Assembly (NCBI RefSeq): GCF_011745625.1
Contig: NW_027191483.1
Span: 124,001-188,000 of the forward strand
DNA: 64,000 nucleotides
DNA from: Cladosporium halotolerans
Taxonomy: Eukaryota
Reading direction: 5' to 3'
Part shown: piece after piece, positions 23,953-35,259 of the stretch
How the letters are laid out: the number at the start of each line of letters is the position of its first letter
Position numbering within the stretch: position 1 is the first letter of the stretch
Notes under the pieces: model-generated
The model's database searches: none
What the model was told of the DNA's origin: nothing
Seen by the model: only the letters and a program-made list of their open reading frames with translations
Made by a program: the position numbers and the translations under genes

Positions 23953-25773
23953 ATGCTCCCTTATATTAATATCCGTAAGTGTTGAGCGCTGGCACGTCTA
24001 CCCTTAAGCAGCAACGCTCACTGAATCGATCATAGCCTTCGAGTATGGCGCCAACATGCTTGGCGCCTCGACAGATGAGCTGAAACTGATCTTCTGTTTT
24101 CTCCTGTCGTATCCCTTGGCGGGTGTCCTCAAGCGCTTGCCTGACAACAATCCCAAGCTGAAGAACTACTTCATTATCGCTGTCGGCGTCTTCTACCTTG
24201 TTGGCATTTTTGATCTTTGGGAAGGCTTGGCTCTGGTCGTTACAGATGCGGCTGCCACCTATCTGATCGCCGCCTATGTCGAAGGCCCGTACATGCCATG
24301 GATAGGCTTCGTGGTCATCATGGGCCATATGAGCGTCTCTCACATCCACCGCCAGAAAGCCGACGCTCCAAGTACGATTGACATCACCGGAGCACAGATG
24401 GTCATGGTCATGAAGCTCACGGCTTTCTGCTGGAACGTCTGGGACGGCAAACAGGATCAATCTGATCTCAACGACTATCAGCGAGAGAGAGCCTTGAAGG
24501 AGCTACCAGATCCTCTCGACTTTGCCGCCTACGTTGCTTTCTTCCCTAGCTTGATGGCTGGCCCTGCTTTCGACTACGCGGATTACCGTCGTTGGCTCGA
24601 GACCTCCATGTTCGACCTGCCTCCCGGCACCGACCCGTCGAAGGCCCCGCCAACCCGCAAGAAGCGCAAGATTCCTCGCAGCGCCACCCCTGCTATGAAG
24701 AAGTTGATTGTTGGCCTTTCTTGGATTCTTGTATTCCTGGTCGGCTCAGGTCACTTCAACACGGACGTCTTCCTCACCGACAAGTACAAAGAACTCGGTA
24801 TCTTCTCTCGCATTTTCCAGATGTATATGATGAACGTCGTGGCCCGCATGAAGTACTATGGCGTCTGGACTCTCACTGAAGGCGCGTGTATCATGGCGGG
24901 TATCGGATACAAAGGTGTCGACCCGAAGACGGGCAAGCCTAACTGGGATCGTCTCACCAACATTCGTCCGCTTGGAGTCGAGCTTGCCCAGAACTCTCAT
25001 GCATACCTTGGTAACTGGAACATCAACACCAACAACTGGTTAAGGAATTACATGTATCTACGAGTGACGCCCAAGGGCAGGAAACCAGGTTTCAGAGCCA
25101 CCCTCGCCACCTTCGTGACCAGCGCTTTCTGGCACGGCTTCTACCCAGGCTACTACCTGACCTTCGTCCTCGCCGCCTTCATGCAAAATACCGCAAAGAG
25201 TAAGCACATCCGCCCATCCACCCAGTCCACCAAAACCCCACTAACAACGACCTAGACGCCCGCCGCCTCCTGCGCCCCTTCTTCCTGACCCCCGACGGCA
25301 GCAAACCCCTCCCCATGAAGCGCTACTACGACATCTTCTCCTGGTTCATCACGCAATTTGCCTTCTGCTTCGTCACCTCGCCCTTCATCCTCCTGACCCT
25401 CTCCGCCAGCCTGCGCGCCTGGGCCGCCGTCTACTTCTACGCAGCGATCGGCGTCACGCTCTGCGGCGCCTTCACCGCCTCGCCCGGCAAGCGCTGGCTG
25501 CAGCGCAAGATCAAGGCCCGCGGCCCCCGGCCCGACATGAAGCGCCAGGAGAGCATGGAGAATATCGCGGGCGCGACGCTCGGCGTGCCGACGGATCCGG
25601 GCGTTGAGTTCGATGAGATGGTCGATGAGATTGTGGAGGAGGTGAGGAAGAGGAGAGGCGGGAAGGACTTGCCGGATCCGGCGGAGGTGAGGAAGCAGGT
25701 TGAGAGGACGCTGTCGGAGAAGGCGAAGGCGCTGAGCGAGGGCGTGACTTCGGGGGAGTCGAAGGCGGAGTAG
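23953..25773 (+). CDS. ALE1: MBOAT lysophospholipid acyltransferase Ale1; introns 23975-24035 and 25200-25255
   Basis: DITGAQMVMVMKL, GNWNINTNNWLRNYMYLR, SAFWHGFYPGYY (MBOAT catalytic His). Confidence 0.93.
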
Positions 25774-25975
25774 ATGGTGGGTTTGGTTGTGGAGTGGAAG
25801 GCTGCTACTTTTGGCCAGCGTATTTGAGGAGGCTCTTGTGTTTGACATGCAATGCTGAGAGTCAGCAGAGTTTTGAGCGTAACATGAATCGTTGAGTAGG
25901 ATATACCTAAGAACAAAGAAATTCTCTCTAACAAGTCTACAATGCACTCTCGCCCTGCGTCCAGCTATCCAAATC

Positions 25976-28792
25976 CTATTCCGCCTTCTTCGCCTCAAAA
26001 GAATCATTTCTCATCATATCCCTCCCGACTCTAACCGCCTCCTGCGAAGACGGCACCGGCGCATCCAGCACAACTTGTCTGGACTTTCCTTTGCCCATGA
26101 CAGTCGGCCGTCCAATCTCCTCCAGCCTCGCCTTCCCAACACTCGCAAACCGTACGGCCGTGGCCTCAACTTCATCCAGACTCTCATCAGAGACCATTGA
26201 AATCGGGCGCAGGTCAGGCGATGGCTCGCGGTGCTTGTGGATGACGAGCGGCGGCGGGTGCAAATCGAAGTCGAACTTGTCCCAGTCTTCATACTTGGTG
26301 GGCTTGTAGGTAGCTGGAGCGACTCGTTCGTCTTGCTCTTGCTCCTTTTTGGGCTCGGATGGGCCGGTGCCAGCGTCGGGCTTCGGTGCCGCTTCGCCGC
26401 TAGGAGAAGCGTATTCGTCTTCCCGTTCTTCTGTGCTTTGCTCTGAATGCATATCTGCAGACGAAGCCGCCGCCAATCGCTCTTCGATGCTGGACAGCGA
26501 GGTGGTCGAGTTGGTCAGCGGAGAAATAGGTTCTCGCAGTCCAAATAATTGTTGCAGTCTTCTCTGCTGGTTCAGAGGAGAGAACGAGTGCTGTGGTCTG
26601 ATTCGATCCGACACGACGACTGCAGGCGCTCGTGACTCCTTAACTGAGAGCGATGTCGACGAATTGGATAGCGGAGAGACGGGTGTCATTGGGCCATAAA
26701 CCTGCTCCAGAAGCTCGCGCTCGCGATCAGTGAGAGGCGAGACAGACTCTGCTCGGCCGTGCGCGGCATCTTCGTGTCCCTCATTGGGAGCTGAGCCGAC
26801 TGGTGCGGGCGCCTGGTCACCGTCGACGGGCAGTGATCTCGCTGCTTCTGCAGGCTGGGAGACACCATCCGGCGGGCCATAAAGATTCTCCAGAGCTTCG
26901 CGTTCGGGATCGTTGGGAGCGAGTGCACGCTGTTGCCTCTTGAATGCAGCGATCCGCTCTGCATTCACGCGACCTGAAGCGATCAGGTTTGCCAACACAG
27001 GTTCGTCGTCCTCATCGTCGTCGCCGTCGTCTTCTTGAATCCGTGTAAGCGCTGCAGCTGCGGCTGTACTCCGTGGTGCTCGCATGTAGAGCCTCGTTGA
27101 TCCTTCTGCATGAGACGCCGGATTGGTAGTTATGGGCTGGTGCCGTGAATACTTAGAAACTCGCTGCACTGGCGCAGGTACCGCTGCTGTCGTCTGCGGT
27201 CGTTGCCAGAAATAGTCCTCAGCACGCTGTACCTGTGCGGGTGCCGCTGCCGGCTGCTTTGGTGATGGTTGCTTCACTGGGTTCTTCTGCGGTCTCGACA
27301 GCCCCTGGGTACCAAACATGGTAGTGCCAACCGCGGTCGGTTGCCAGCCGTGCTCAGCCTCCGATCTTCTCGCTCGCCTCTCCTTTCTAGTCAGCGGTGC
27401 CGCATCCACTGACGTGCCATCAGAGGTACGAGGTGACTTTGCAGGAGACGAAGCGTTGCCCACAGCTGGGCCGGAATCAGAAGACGAGCGCGTGGTCTCG
27501 GTGGGATCCTTGCCCTTCTTGCCGAATCTTTTCGCCACAGCGCCAGAGATCTTCCGCCACGCGCCTTCCTTGTGCGCCTCGACCACCTCAACAACTGGGT
27601 CAGCAGCAGATCCCCACTCGGGCGCTCGCGACGCCTGGATTTCGCCCGTGATGACGCGAGGAACGTCGCGAAAGTCGCCCGCGAATCTCCTCTGCCTCCC
27701 CTCGGTCAGAGCTGCGTTCTCCGGCTGCGGGAAGTGCTTGCTCAGCCTCGCACGGCGTTCGCGGATCTCGGGCAGTGTGTATCCGACGCTGTCACGCGAG
27801 TAGTCGTTCTCCCAGTCGACGAGGGCCGGTGGCGGCCGGAAAGACGGAGCACGCTCATGTTGGGGCCGCATATCCATAAGCGTACGCGGCTGCTGCTGTG
27901 GTTGCGCATCTACGAGGATGGGAAGGATTGGCTCTGAGACGTTGCGACGCTTCAGGGGAGACGGATAGCGGTCGGCCATCTGTACGCTTCGCGAAGGGGA
28001 GGAGCCGACGAGACTGGCTGCTTGTGAACGGACCTTAGGCGCTATATTTGAACTCGACTTTGTAAGGGCGCCTTTGTGGTGGTATAGGACGCGCTCGCTA
28101 CCGCTTGAGCTGCCGTAGCGAGCCACGTTGCGGGTGCCAGGCGAGATACGAGACAAGGGGGACCCGGGTGCCACTGCGCCTTCTTCGAGAATGGCGGGAT
28201 GTGAGCGATGGTTGCTGTATCTTGCGGTCGCTGCAACATCCGGAGTGCAAGTCAGCGGCTCGAAGTCGGTCGTCTGTTGATAGCTCGTCGACCAGGAGAC
28301 CACAGGGCCGACGATGCGGTTCGCAGCGGTATTGAGCCCCGGAGGGCAGGGTCGAGGGTCTCTGAGGGCGCCGGCGATAGATGGATAGCTATAGTTGCGG
28401 GGAGCGTTACTACTGCTTGTATACTGTGGAGTGGTATTTAGTGCAGTCGGAGTGCTGGCTCTCGCCGCCCTTGACGACGGTCTGCTCACGGAGTGGTTGG
28501 TCGAAGCGCGGCTTTGGACGCGCTGGGAAGGCGCGCTCGCCGCATTGGACGGAGGACCCAGGCTCAAGTTGACGATGTTCCGCGGACCATGTTCAGCGTC
28601 CACCTCCACATGCGCTGGTAGTACCACGACTGATTTTGATTCCCTGATGGTCGTAACTGGGCGCTCGGGGGTGAGATGTCGGAGCGCGGGAGGCGTCGCA
28701 TTCTCATGGGCGACGAACCGCGACAGGCCTGCTGGCGCGGTCGCTGAGCGGCTGGTCTGGGGGCGTCGCCCCTGAGAGTCTTTCGATGGCAT
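25976..28792 (-). CDS. Hypothetical low-complexity (S/P/R-rich) protein, ~938 aa, with internal repeats
   Basis: Uninterrupted ~2.8 kb ORF with ATG at 28792 and no recognisable domain. Confidence 0.7.
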   Translation of the reverse strand: MPSKDSQGRRPQTSRSATAPAGLSRFVAHENATPPALRHLTPERPVTTIRESKSVVVLPAHVEVDAEHGPRNIVNLSLGPPSNAASAPSQRVQSRASTNHSVSRPSSRAARASTPTALNTTPQYTSSSNAPRNYSYPSIAGALRDPRPCPPGLNTAANRIVGPVVSWSTSYQQTTDFEPLTCTPDVAATARYSNHRSHPAILEEGAVAPGSPLSRISPGTRNVARYGSSSGSERVLYHHKGALTKSSSNIAPKVRSQAASLVGSSPSRSVQMADRYPSPLKRRNVSEPILPILVDAQPQQQPRTLMDMRPQHERAPSFRPPPALVDWENDYSRDSVGYTLPEIRERRARLSKHFPQPENAALTEGRQRRFAGDFRDVPRVITGEIQASRAPEWGSAADPVVEVVEAHKEGAWRKISGAVAKRFGKKGKDPTETTRSSSDSGPAVGNASSPAKSPRTSDGTSVDAAPLTRKERRARRSEAEHGWQPTAVGTTMFGTQGLSRPQKNPVKQPSPKQPAAAPAQVQRAEDYFWQRPQTTAAVPAPVQRVSKYSRHQPITTNPASHAEGSTRLYMRAPRSTAAAAALTRIQEDDGDDDEDDEPVLANLIASGRVNAERIAAFKRQQRALAPNDPEREALENLYGPPDGVSQPAEAARSLPVDGDQAPAPVGSAPNEGHEDAAHGRAESVSPLTDRERELLEQVYGPMTPVSPLSNSSTSLSVKESRAPAVVVSDRIRPQHSFSPLNQQRRLQQLFGLREPISPLTNSTTSLSSIEERLAAASSADMHSEQSTEEREDEYASPSGEAAPKPDAGTGPSEPKKEQEQDERVAPATYKPTKYEDWDKFDFDLHPPPLVIHKHREPSPDLRPISMVSDESLDEVEATAVRFASVGKARLEEIGRPTVMGKGKSRQVVLDAPVPSSQEAVRVGRDMMRNDSFEAKKAE

Positions 28793-29646
28793 CTCTGTGG
28801 TATTTTGCGTGCTCTGGAGTTGTGATGGGAGGGGAAGGCAGCAGCACAGAAATCGAGGGGAGACAGGACAGATCAAGCCATTTCTTCAACCTACCTACGC
28901 TATGGGATGCATCAAGGTTCTGGCAAAATGTGCATGCGACGACAAATGCGATCCGGTGCAGTGGTTAGCAGCATGACAAAGCAGCTTCAGGTATGCCATC
29001 CCTCGAAGCTCAACCCCAAGCTTCTCCTCAACGACATGCGAGACTGATACAACAATTCAGCACGATAGGAGAGAGCGCAATGAGAGTTCTGAGCGAAATC
29101 CGTGATAACGCGAGAGCACAGCCTGGGGCATCAGTCCAAGTGAGAGGACGCCCGGTTGTTGTGAAGTTGGATCTGCCAAGATATCAGAAGCGTGCGAGCA
29201 TGCGGCTCAAAGTCAGCCTCGAAGCCTATTCAGGTCAGCAAGAAAGATTCTGCTACTAAGCAACGGAAGGGGAAGGGTATGCCGGAGTCTGCAGTCCATT
29301 CTCCACATGTCTGAGAAAGGTTCGAAATTCCGCCTTCGCAAGCGACCGCACTGAGCAAATTTTGACAACTTTTCATCGTAGGTAGGTATTTTTCATCTAT
29401 GAAGAGACCTTGTGCATCGCCCCGTTCTCGCTCATCGCCGCCGCAGATTTTCGCGTGCAGCGAACGACAGCGTCCTGCTGAGCTTCACGCGCATACATCC
29501 TGGCTTCGCTTCCATGTCTGCTGGTCGTGTACGTTCTCGCTTCCGGCATCGTGGTCGCTTACGTGGTCAAAAGAGATTTGATGCATCGCAATGTGGTCAT
29601 CGGTCGGAAAAGGGGTGTGGCTTTTGCTGGGTTTGATCGAAGTCGC

Positions 29647-30340
29647 TTAACGGCCGGTGGAGGCGCGCTTGATGATGGTGTCCTGCTCAATGTCGTCGGC
29701 GTCGTTGGCCTGGATGTCGACGGCAATGCCGTTGAGCGCGCGCTTGAGGGCGTCCTTGGAAGAGGAGTACATCATGCGCGGCTGGAACATCGTGTCAGTG
29801 ACTCCCGCATACTAGATTTTGTCTCCTTCATCTCATTTGAGCTGAACTCACGTATTGGGTCGCATCATCTGGAACCCAGCTGATGAAGCAGATCTTGTTG
29901 CGCTTGCCCTCACCGTTGGGAGCGTCGTACTCGACGTCGTAAACGGCGTAGCGGCCACCGATGCCCTCGTTGCCCTTCTTGTCCTTGCTCTTGGCGTCGA
30001 GCAGCTTCTGGCGGAAAGCGTCGTAGTTGTTGTCGGAAGAGGACTCCTCGACAACAATCTCCTTCCAGTCGTCGGAGATCTTGTAGATGATCCACTTGGT
30101 GCTCTTGCCCAGCTTCAGGTCGTTGAAGGCAGTGATGCACTCGGGAACGACGGAAACACTGGAAGATGCGTGTCAGTTGCGGCGGGCTCGTGGCAAGAGG
30201 CGCGGTTGTGGCGAGCGGCTTCGATGGAAGATTGTTGAGGATGGCTCAGCTGGCGGTGAACGTACCCTGATTGCGCCTGAGATAACAATGGTCAGTGAGC
30301 TTATCCCTCGAAATGCAGCTGTGTCCGATTTACTCACCAT
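29647..30340 (-). CDS. COF1: Cofilin/ADF; ATG-only first coding exon, 11-nt micro-exon 30266-30276, three introns
   Basis: Spliced M-AQSG-VSVVPECITAFNDLKLGKSTKWIIYKI...GRYAVYD...KICFISWVPD...RMMYSSSKDALKRALNG...IQAND. Confidence 0.93.
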
Positions 30341-30984
30341 CTTGTCAATTTGAGGTCGTTATAAGATACTAGAGGGAGTCCGTTGACTGCGGGTGATGTG
30401 GTGGTCGAGGTCTAGCGATCTCGTTAGCCCACTTTCGTTAGTAAGGAGGGACAGCAGCCAGCGCCGGCGGGTGGATAGCATATGTATAGCGCGGGACGTC
30501 AGGTTGCTGCCTGAGAAAGGCGGCAGCCATACCTGGATGGGATTCCGAACACTCGAGGCAGGCAGTAAAATTGTGGTGGAGGGCTGCGTATGTTTGGGTG
30601 ACGACGAGACAGAGGTGTCAACAGCCGGCGGGCAGCCTCGACAGCCCACCAGGCGGGCGTTCGTCAGCCCCACTGCACGGGCTTGGCCGACGTGGAGGGG
30701 AGCAGCATGTTTTGCCTCAACCACGCGGGCAGCAATGACGAGCACGAGGTTTAATCAAGTGCTTTTTGAGCACGCACGAGACGACAGAAAATTTCGTATG
30801 GAAATGTCACTGGTTCTTCAGACTGCATTATGAAGAAGTGCAAATTATGACATCCCTGCCGCACTACTTGTCAAAAGCCCTAACCATCTCCCTCGTTCAT
30901 CAAGCCGTTTTATCGCACACCCTTGTGTATTGGCCATAGTGGACGCCCTTTGACATGCAAGAATCAAAACATGGTACTCTCTCA

Positions 30985-32789
30985 CTAGACTGTACCAGCA
31001 ATGCTGAGTTCGCGGATCTGGCCCAAGACATCCTCCACCCGACCGTCCAAGTCGCCGCTTGCGTACTGGTCACGTGTAGAGGCGTCGAGGTATTGTTGCA
31101 CTTGCGCCATGCGGCTGTATGCTTCGGCACAGAAGCGGAGCTGAATCTTGACAAGCGCTTCGAAGGTAGGGTCGAGGTAGGGCACTCTGTAAAGTCATCG
31201 CGGTTAATAAACCTGGTCTGCAAGCATTTGGGGAGCGATCACGAACCTCAGGTCGATCAACTGTGGTAATTCACTCATCAACTGCTCGTTCAACTGGTCA
31301 TACGCAGCCTTAGCCTGTTCCAAATTGTCAGCCTGCTTTCGAACAAAGTCCACCTTCAGCGGTGCCATGATCTCCTCCAGCTCGCTTGGTTCGAACCAAG
31401 GAGTGCTGAAGGTCTTGGAAACCCGAGCCTCACGCGGCCACGTGCCTCCACGCGTTGAGGTGGAGTCACGGGCCAACGGCGATGAGTTGACGGCAGACTG
31501 TGACTTCCTGAGATAGATGCTGGAGGAGCGTGAGAGTCTGCGGTCGATTTGGGCGGAGATGCTGCGTTTGGGACTTGGACCTTCAGGACTTGGACGGCAA
31601 AGACGGAAAGTGCCGGACGACGAATGGCGCCTATGTGAACGCTCCGGAGTTCCTTTGTCAGTGTCGGTTTCGGCCGGCGATGAGAGCAGACTCGAGTAGC
31701 TGCTAAGAATGCTCGAAGTCCGCGCGAGAAGACTCTTGCGGGCACGTCTTCCTCGTGTCGGTGAAAGGAGCAGCTCGCTGTCTTCGTTGATCGTCTCAGT
31801 CTCCTCTCCCTCATACTCAGGAGTCAGGCCGAGTCGCAGCCGAATGCCGTTGAGGGCTTTCGGGGGCGACGGAAGAGTGAAGTCGGTGTTAGTTCTTGCG
31901 CTCAAAGCAGACATGCTGCTTTCACGATTTGTCGAGGCAGAGCCAGAGGGGGGTGTATCGCGAAGGAAATCAGTGAGGCTGACCATGTCTTGTTCCTTTT
32001 CCGTGCGCGGCAACTTGGCGGGGTCCTTGTCCGGCTTCTCTGTGAGTCTCTTGACTTTCGAGCGCATCGAGTCGTAGTCAAGCATCTTGTGTTGCCGCTT
32101 CTTGATGCCTGCCAATTCTGTCAGCTCGCTGATCATCCAAATCTAACTGCCTATCCTTGACTTACACTCGTTGATGTCCGGGAAGTACGCGCAGAATCGG
32201 TTGATAGGGTCCAGCACCGTCGTCCTGTAGATGAAGTCTATGAGCTCTCCGTACGATTCCATGTCCGCTCTTAGCACACCGGCAAAGCTCTCCTGCACAC
32301 CTCTGTTCATCTGCCATTCGATAATCGCAAGCTCTGCGGTGTCTTCCGCCTTCTTTTCCCAGTTCCACGCATATTCTCGGAGGTCGGAGGGCACACACCT
32401 GTACGGGCCATCCAGTGCTTTGACAGTCTCGGCGTCCAGATCCTCGACCGCCTGCTTGTAGCTCCTGCTGACGCCGTCCGTGGCACCGCTGTCGCCGTAG
32501 AAGGCGTCGATCGTCTCAGCGATGCGCATCTGCGAGGCTGTCATGGCACGCAGCGAGTCGAGGTATCCTTTGGCCTCTTTCTGGAGGCGGAGCGACGCTG
32601 ACTCCAACGTGCGGTAACGGCGCTCTTCTACTTCGTACTGTCGGTCGTTGGTCTTCTCCACCTGCCCGGTCTTCATCATGACCTGGGTCGTCGCGCGACC
32701 GACCTGTAGTACACAGTGAGTTTATGATCACTCGATGCTGACGGCGAGACTTAGTCACATACATTCTTCTTGAACCCGGACCACGACAT
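30985..32789 (-). CDS. RVS161: BAR-domain amphiphysin Rvs161/Hob3; five introns, including in-frame stop-free introns 32225-32398 and 31315-31983
   Basis: MSWSGFKKN-VGRATTQVMMKTG, AKGYLDSLRAMTASQ, KKRQHKMLDYD, ELPQLIDLRVPYLDPTFEALVKIQ. Confidence 0.93.
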
Positions 32790-33416
32790 CTTGCCAGTGC
32801 CGGGAGTCGCAAATTGGCAGAGAGTGCTCTAAACGAAGTTGCAAGATTGACAGGGTAAACAGAAGATGATGTGCTGAGGTCGACTATGCGACCTAGGACA
32901 CCGGGAAGGAGGGCGTAGTGGCGGAGTGTTTGCGATCGGCGCAGGCAATGCCCAACCCACGTTGGAGTGGAGCGGGCTGTGAAGGCGCTTGGTGGGAAGC
33001 GGTGCCGAGCCTCAGGACTGGGTGACGTATGGGTCCAGCTACGACTTTCGAGGGCGCCTGTTGTCGACGCAAGCAGGACGCAATGAAGATTGTCCGTTTT
33101 TCACTGGTGTCGGATTGCCGTATGTAGAGAGTGGTGTGTATTCAAATGTCAATGCAATGTTTTGATGTGTTGGTCTGCGGTGGTTGAGAGTGAGCGCGGA
33201 ACAATTTGGGAAGGCACGCCAGCACGATCAAACGCGTGACCAGGTCGCGGGCTCAGTCTACTCTGCACATGTGATTTCACTTGAATGTTGAATTTTGAAT
33301 GTTTAGGATGTATCTGGTATATATTCAATTCACGTCATCATGCTCGCAGTCCGTTGAAGCCGTTGTCCCCCATTTTGTTAAAACGCCGCTGCCACAAGCA
33401 AGTCAAAAGAAGTAAT

Positions 33417-34841
33417 TTAGTACAGCACTCTGGTCATGATCCTGCTGCCCAGGTCCTCGAGGCTCTGGTACAGGCCCCTAATGTCGTTGGCATTGACGTC
33501 CGAGATATCGGCCATCAGGTACGCAACGTCGCCGCGAGAGTCGGTCATCTGCTTGTCAACGTTGTGGTCGCCAAGGATCTCGTTGACCTTGCGAAGCACA
33601 CCAGGAACGTTTTTGTGGATGTAGACGACACGGACGTGGTTGGGCTCTTCGAGGGTGAGCGAACGGAGGGAGACCTCGGGCATGTTGACGGCGCCGACAG
33701 TCGTACCGAAGTTCACGTAGTTAACGAGAGCTTCCGCAACTTCCACGCCAATCGCGCTCTGCGCCTCCTCGGTCGAGCCACCAATGTGAGGGGTGAGCAG
33801 GACGTTCTTAAGCTTGCGAAGCTCCTCGGTGAAGTCGTTCAGCTCCGCGTTGAAGTTGGGGCCGTTTCCGCCGGGCTCGTTGGGGTAGACATCCAGAGCA
33901 GCGCCGGCGAGCTTGCCGGACTGGGAGGCCTTGATGAGAGCAGGGATGTCGACAACACTGCCGCGCGAGGCGTTCAGGAGGTAGGCGCCCTTGCGCATCT
34001 GCTCGAACTCCTTGGTGGAGATCATGCCCTTGGTGTCCTCAATCTCGGGAACGTGGAGGGTCACGAAGTCGGCCTGGCGGAGCAGGTCCTCAAGCTTGGG
34101 GACCTGAGTGGCAGTTCCAAGGCCCATGAGATTGATCACGTCGTAGTAAATGACCTTCATGCCCATTGCCTCGGCCAGAACGGAAAGCTGGCTACCAACG
34201 TGTCCATAGCCGATGATTCCGAGGGTCTTGCCGCGCACTTCCCAGCAGCCCGCAGAGACCTTCGCCCATGTGCCATTGTGCAGCTCCATGCTCCTGTCAC
34301 CAAGCTGCCTCGCCAGGCAGATAATCTCGCCGATCATCAACTCGGCCACTGAGCGAGAGTTCGAGAAGGGAGAGTTGAAAACGGCGATACCGCTCTCAGC
34401 CGCATACTGAAGGTCGACCTGGTTGGTACCAATGCAGAAGCAGCCGATGACGATGAGGTTCTTTGCGTGCTTGAGCACGTTCGCCGTGAGCTTGGTCTTG
34501 GAGCGGATACCAATGACGTGAACGTCCTTGATCTTCTCGATCAATTGGTCCTCGGGTAGCGAGCTCTTAAGTGCCTCGACCTGGTACTTCTGTCCTTTGA
34601 GGATGGTCTGGCCAGTCTCGTTCACGTTCTCCAAGAGGAGCACCTTGATGTCCTGGGTGTTGAAAGGTTTGAGCTGCTTAGCCGACGGTTTGCGAAGGGC
34701 ACCGAGGCTGTTCGCAGGGCTGTGGAAGGTCGCGGTCGGGCTGGTCGACACCTCGTTGCCGCCGAAAGAGTTGGAGACTTCTCCAATGTCCTGGGCGGCA
34801 TGGCCGCCACGCACGGGGATGTTCAAAGCTTCAGAGGGCAT
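33417..34841 (-). CDS. SER3: D-3-phosphoglycerate dehydrogenase
   Basis: GIRSKT, GCFCIGTNQV, NSPFSNSRSVAE, GIIGYGHVG, LTPHIGGSTEEAQ, and a C-terminal ACT domain HKNVPGVL. Confidence 0.96.
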   Translation of the reverse strand: MPSEALNIPVRGGHAAQDIGEVSNSFGGNEVSTSPTATFHSPANSLGALRKPSAKQLKPFNTQDIKVLLLENVNETGQTILKGQKYQVEALKSSLPEDQLIEKIKDVHVIGIRSKTKLTANVLKHAKNLIVIGCFCIGTNQVDLQYAAESGIAVFNSPFSNSRSVAELMIGEIICLARQLGDRSMELHNGTWAKVSAGCWEVRGKTLGIIGYGHVGSQLSVLAEAMGMKVIYYDVINLMGLGTATQVPKLEDLLRQADFVTLHVPEIEDTKGMISTKEFEQMRKGAYLLNASRGSVVDIPALIKASQSGKLAGAALDVYPNEPGGNGPNFNAELNDFTEELRKLKNVLLTPHIGGSTEEAQSAIGVEVAEALVNYVNFGTTVGAVNMPEVSLRSLTLEEPNHVRVVYIHKNVPGVLRKVNEILGDHNVDKQMTDSRGDVAYLMADISDVNANDIRGLYQSLEDLGSRIMTRVLY

Positions 34842-35252
34842 GGTCGCTGTTGTGTATTGCGAATGGAGAAAATCAGAAGGGAAGAATTCAGGGAGAGAGC
34901 TTTGGTACCATTTATACAGCAGGAACGTACGAGTACCAAACCCAGTCACCTCAGACAGTCATGAATAGCCTAGAAAAAAGCCGCCCACTGGCTCCGATTA
35001 CGCCATACGACAGCCCACCAAAACGCGGCTTGACCCTCCGTGCCCTCTTCACAGGGATCTGGCTCGTGCGGCACCGGAGGCTGATGGCATGGTGAGACAT
35101 CACTCTTTGCCTTCCGTCCCGCCATCCTTCCGCCATGCACCAACAACATACTACATTATTGCAAGGTTCTTGAGATGCCATGCTTTGTCATAGATGTGCC
35201 TCTTGGACTGTGCTCTATTGTCGATAGTGCAGGAATTCGTCTGGGCGTCATG

Positions 35253-35259
35253 TGACTCA
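35253..35259. promoter_or_regulatory. Gcn4/CpcA element TGACTCA upstream of SER3
   Basis: GTGACTCAC lies ~410 bp upstream of the SER3 ATG. Confidence 0.5.

Noticed and set aside
33285..34352. 355-aa antisense ORF
   Set aside because: Mirror frame of highly codon-biased SER3.
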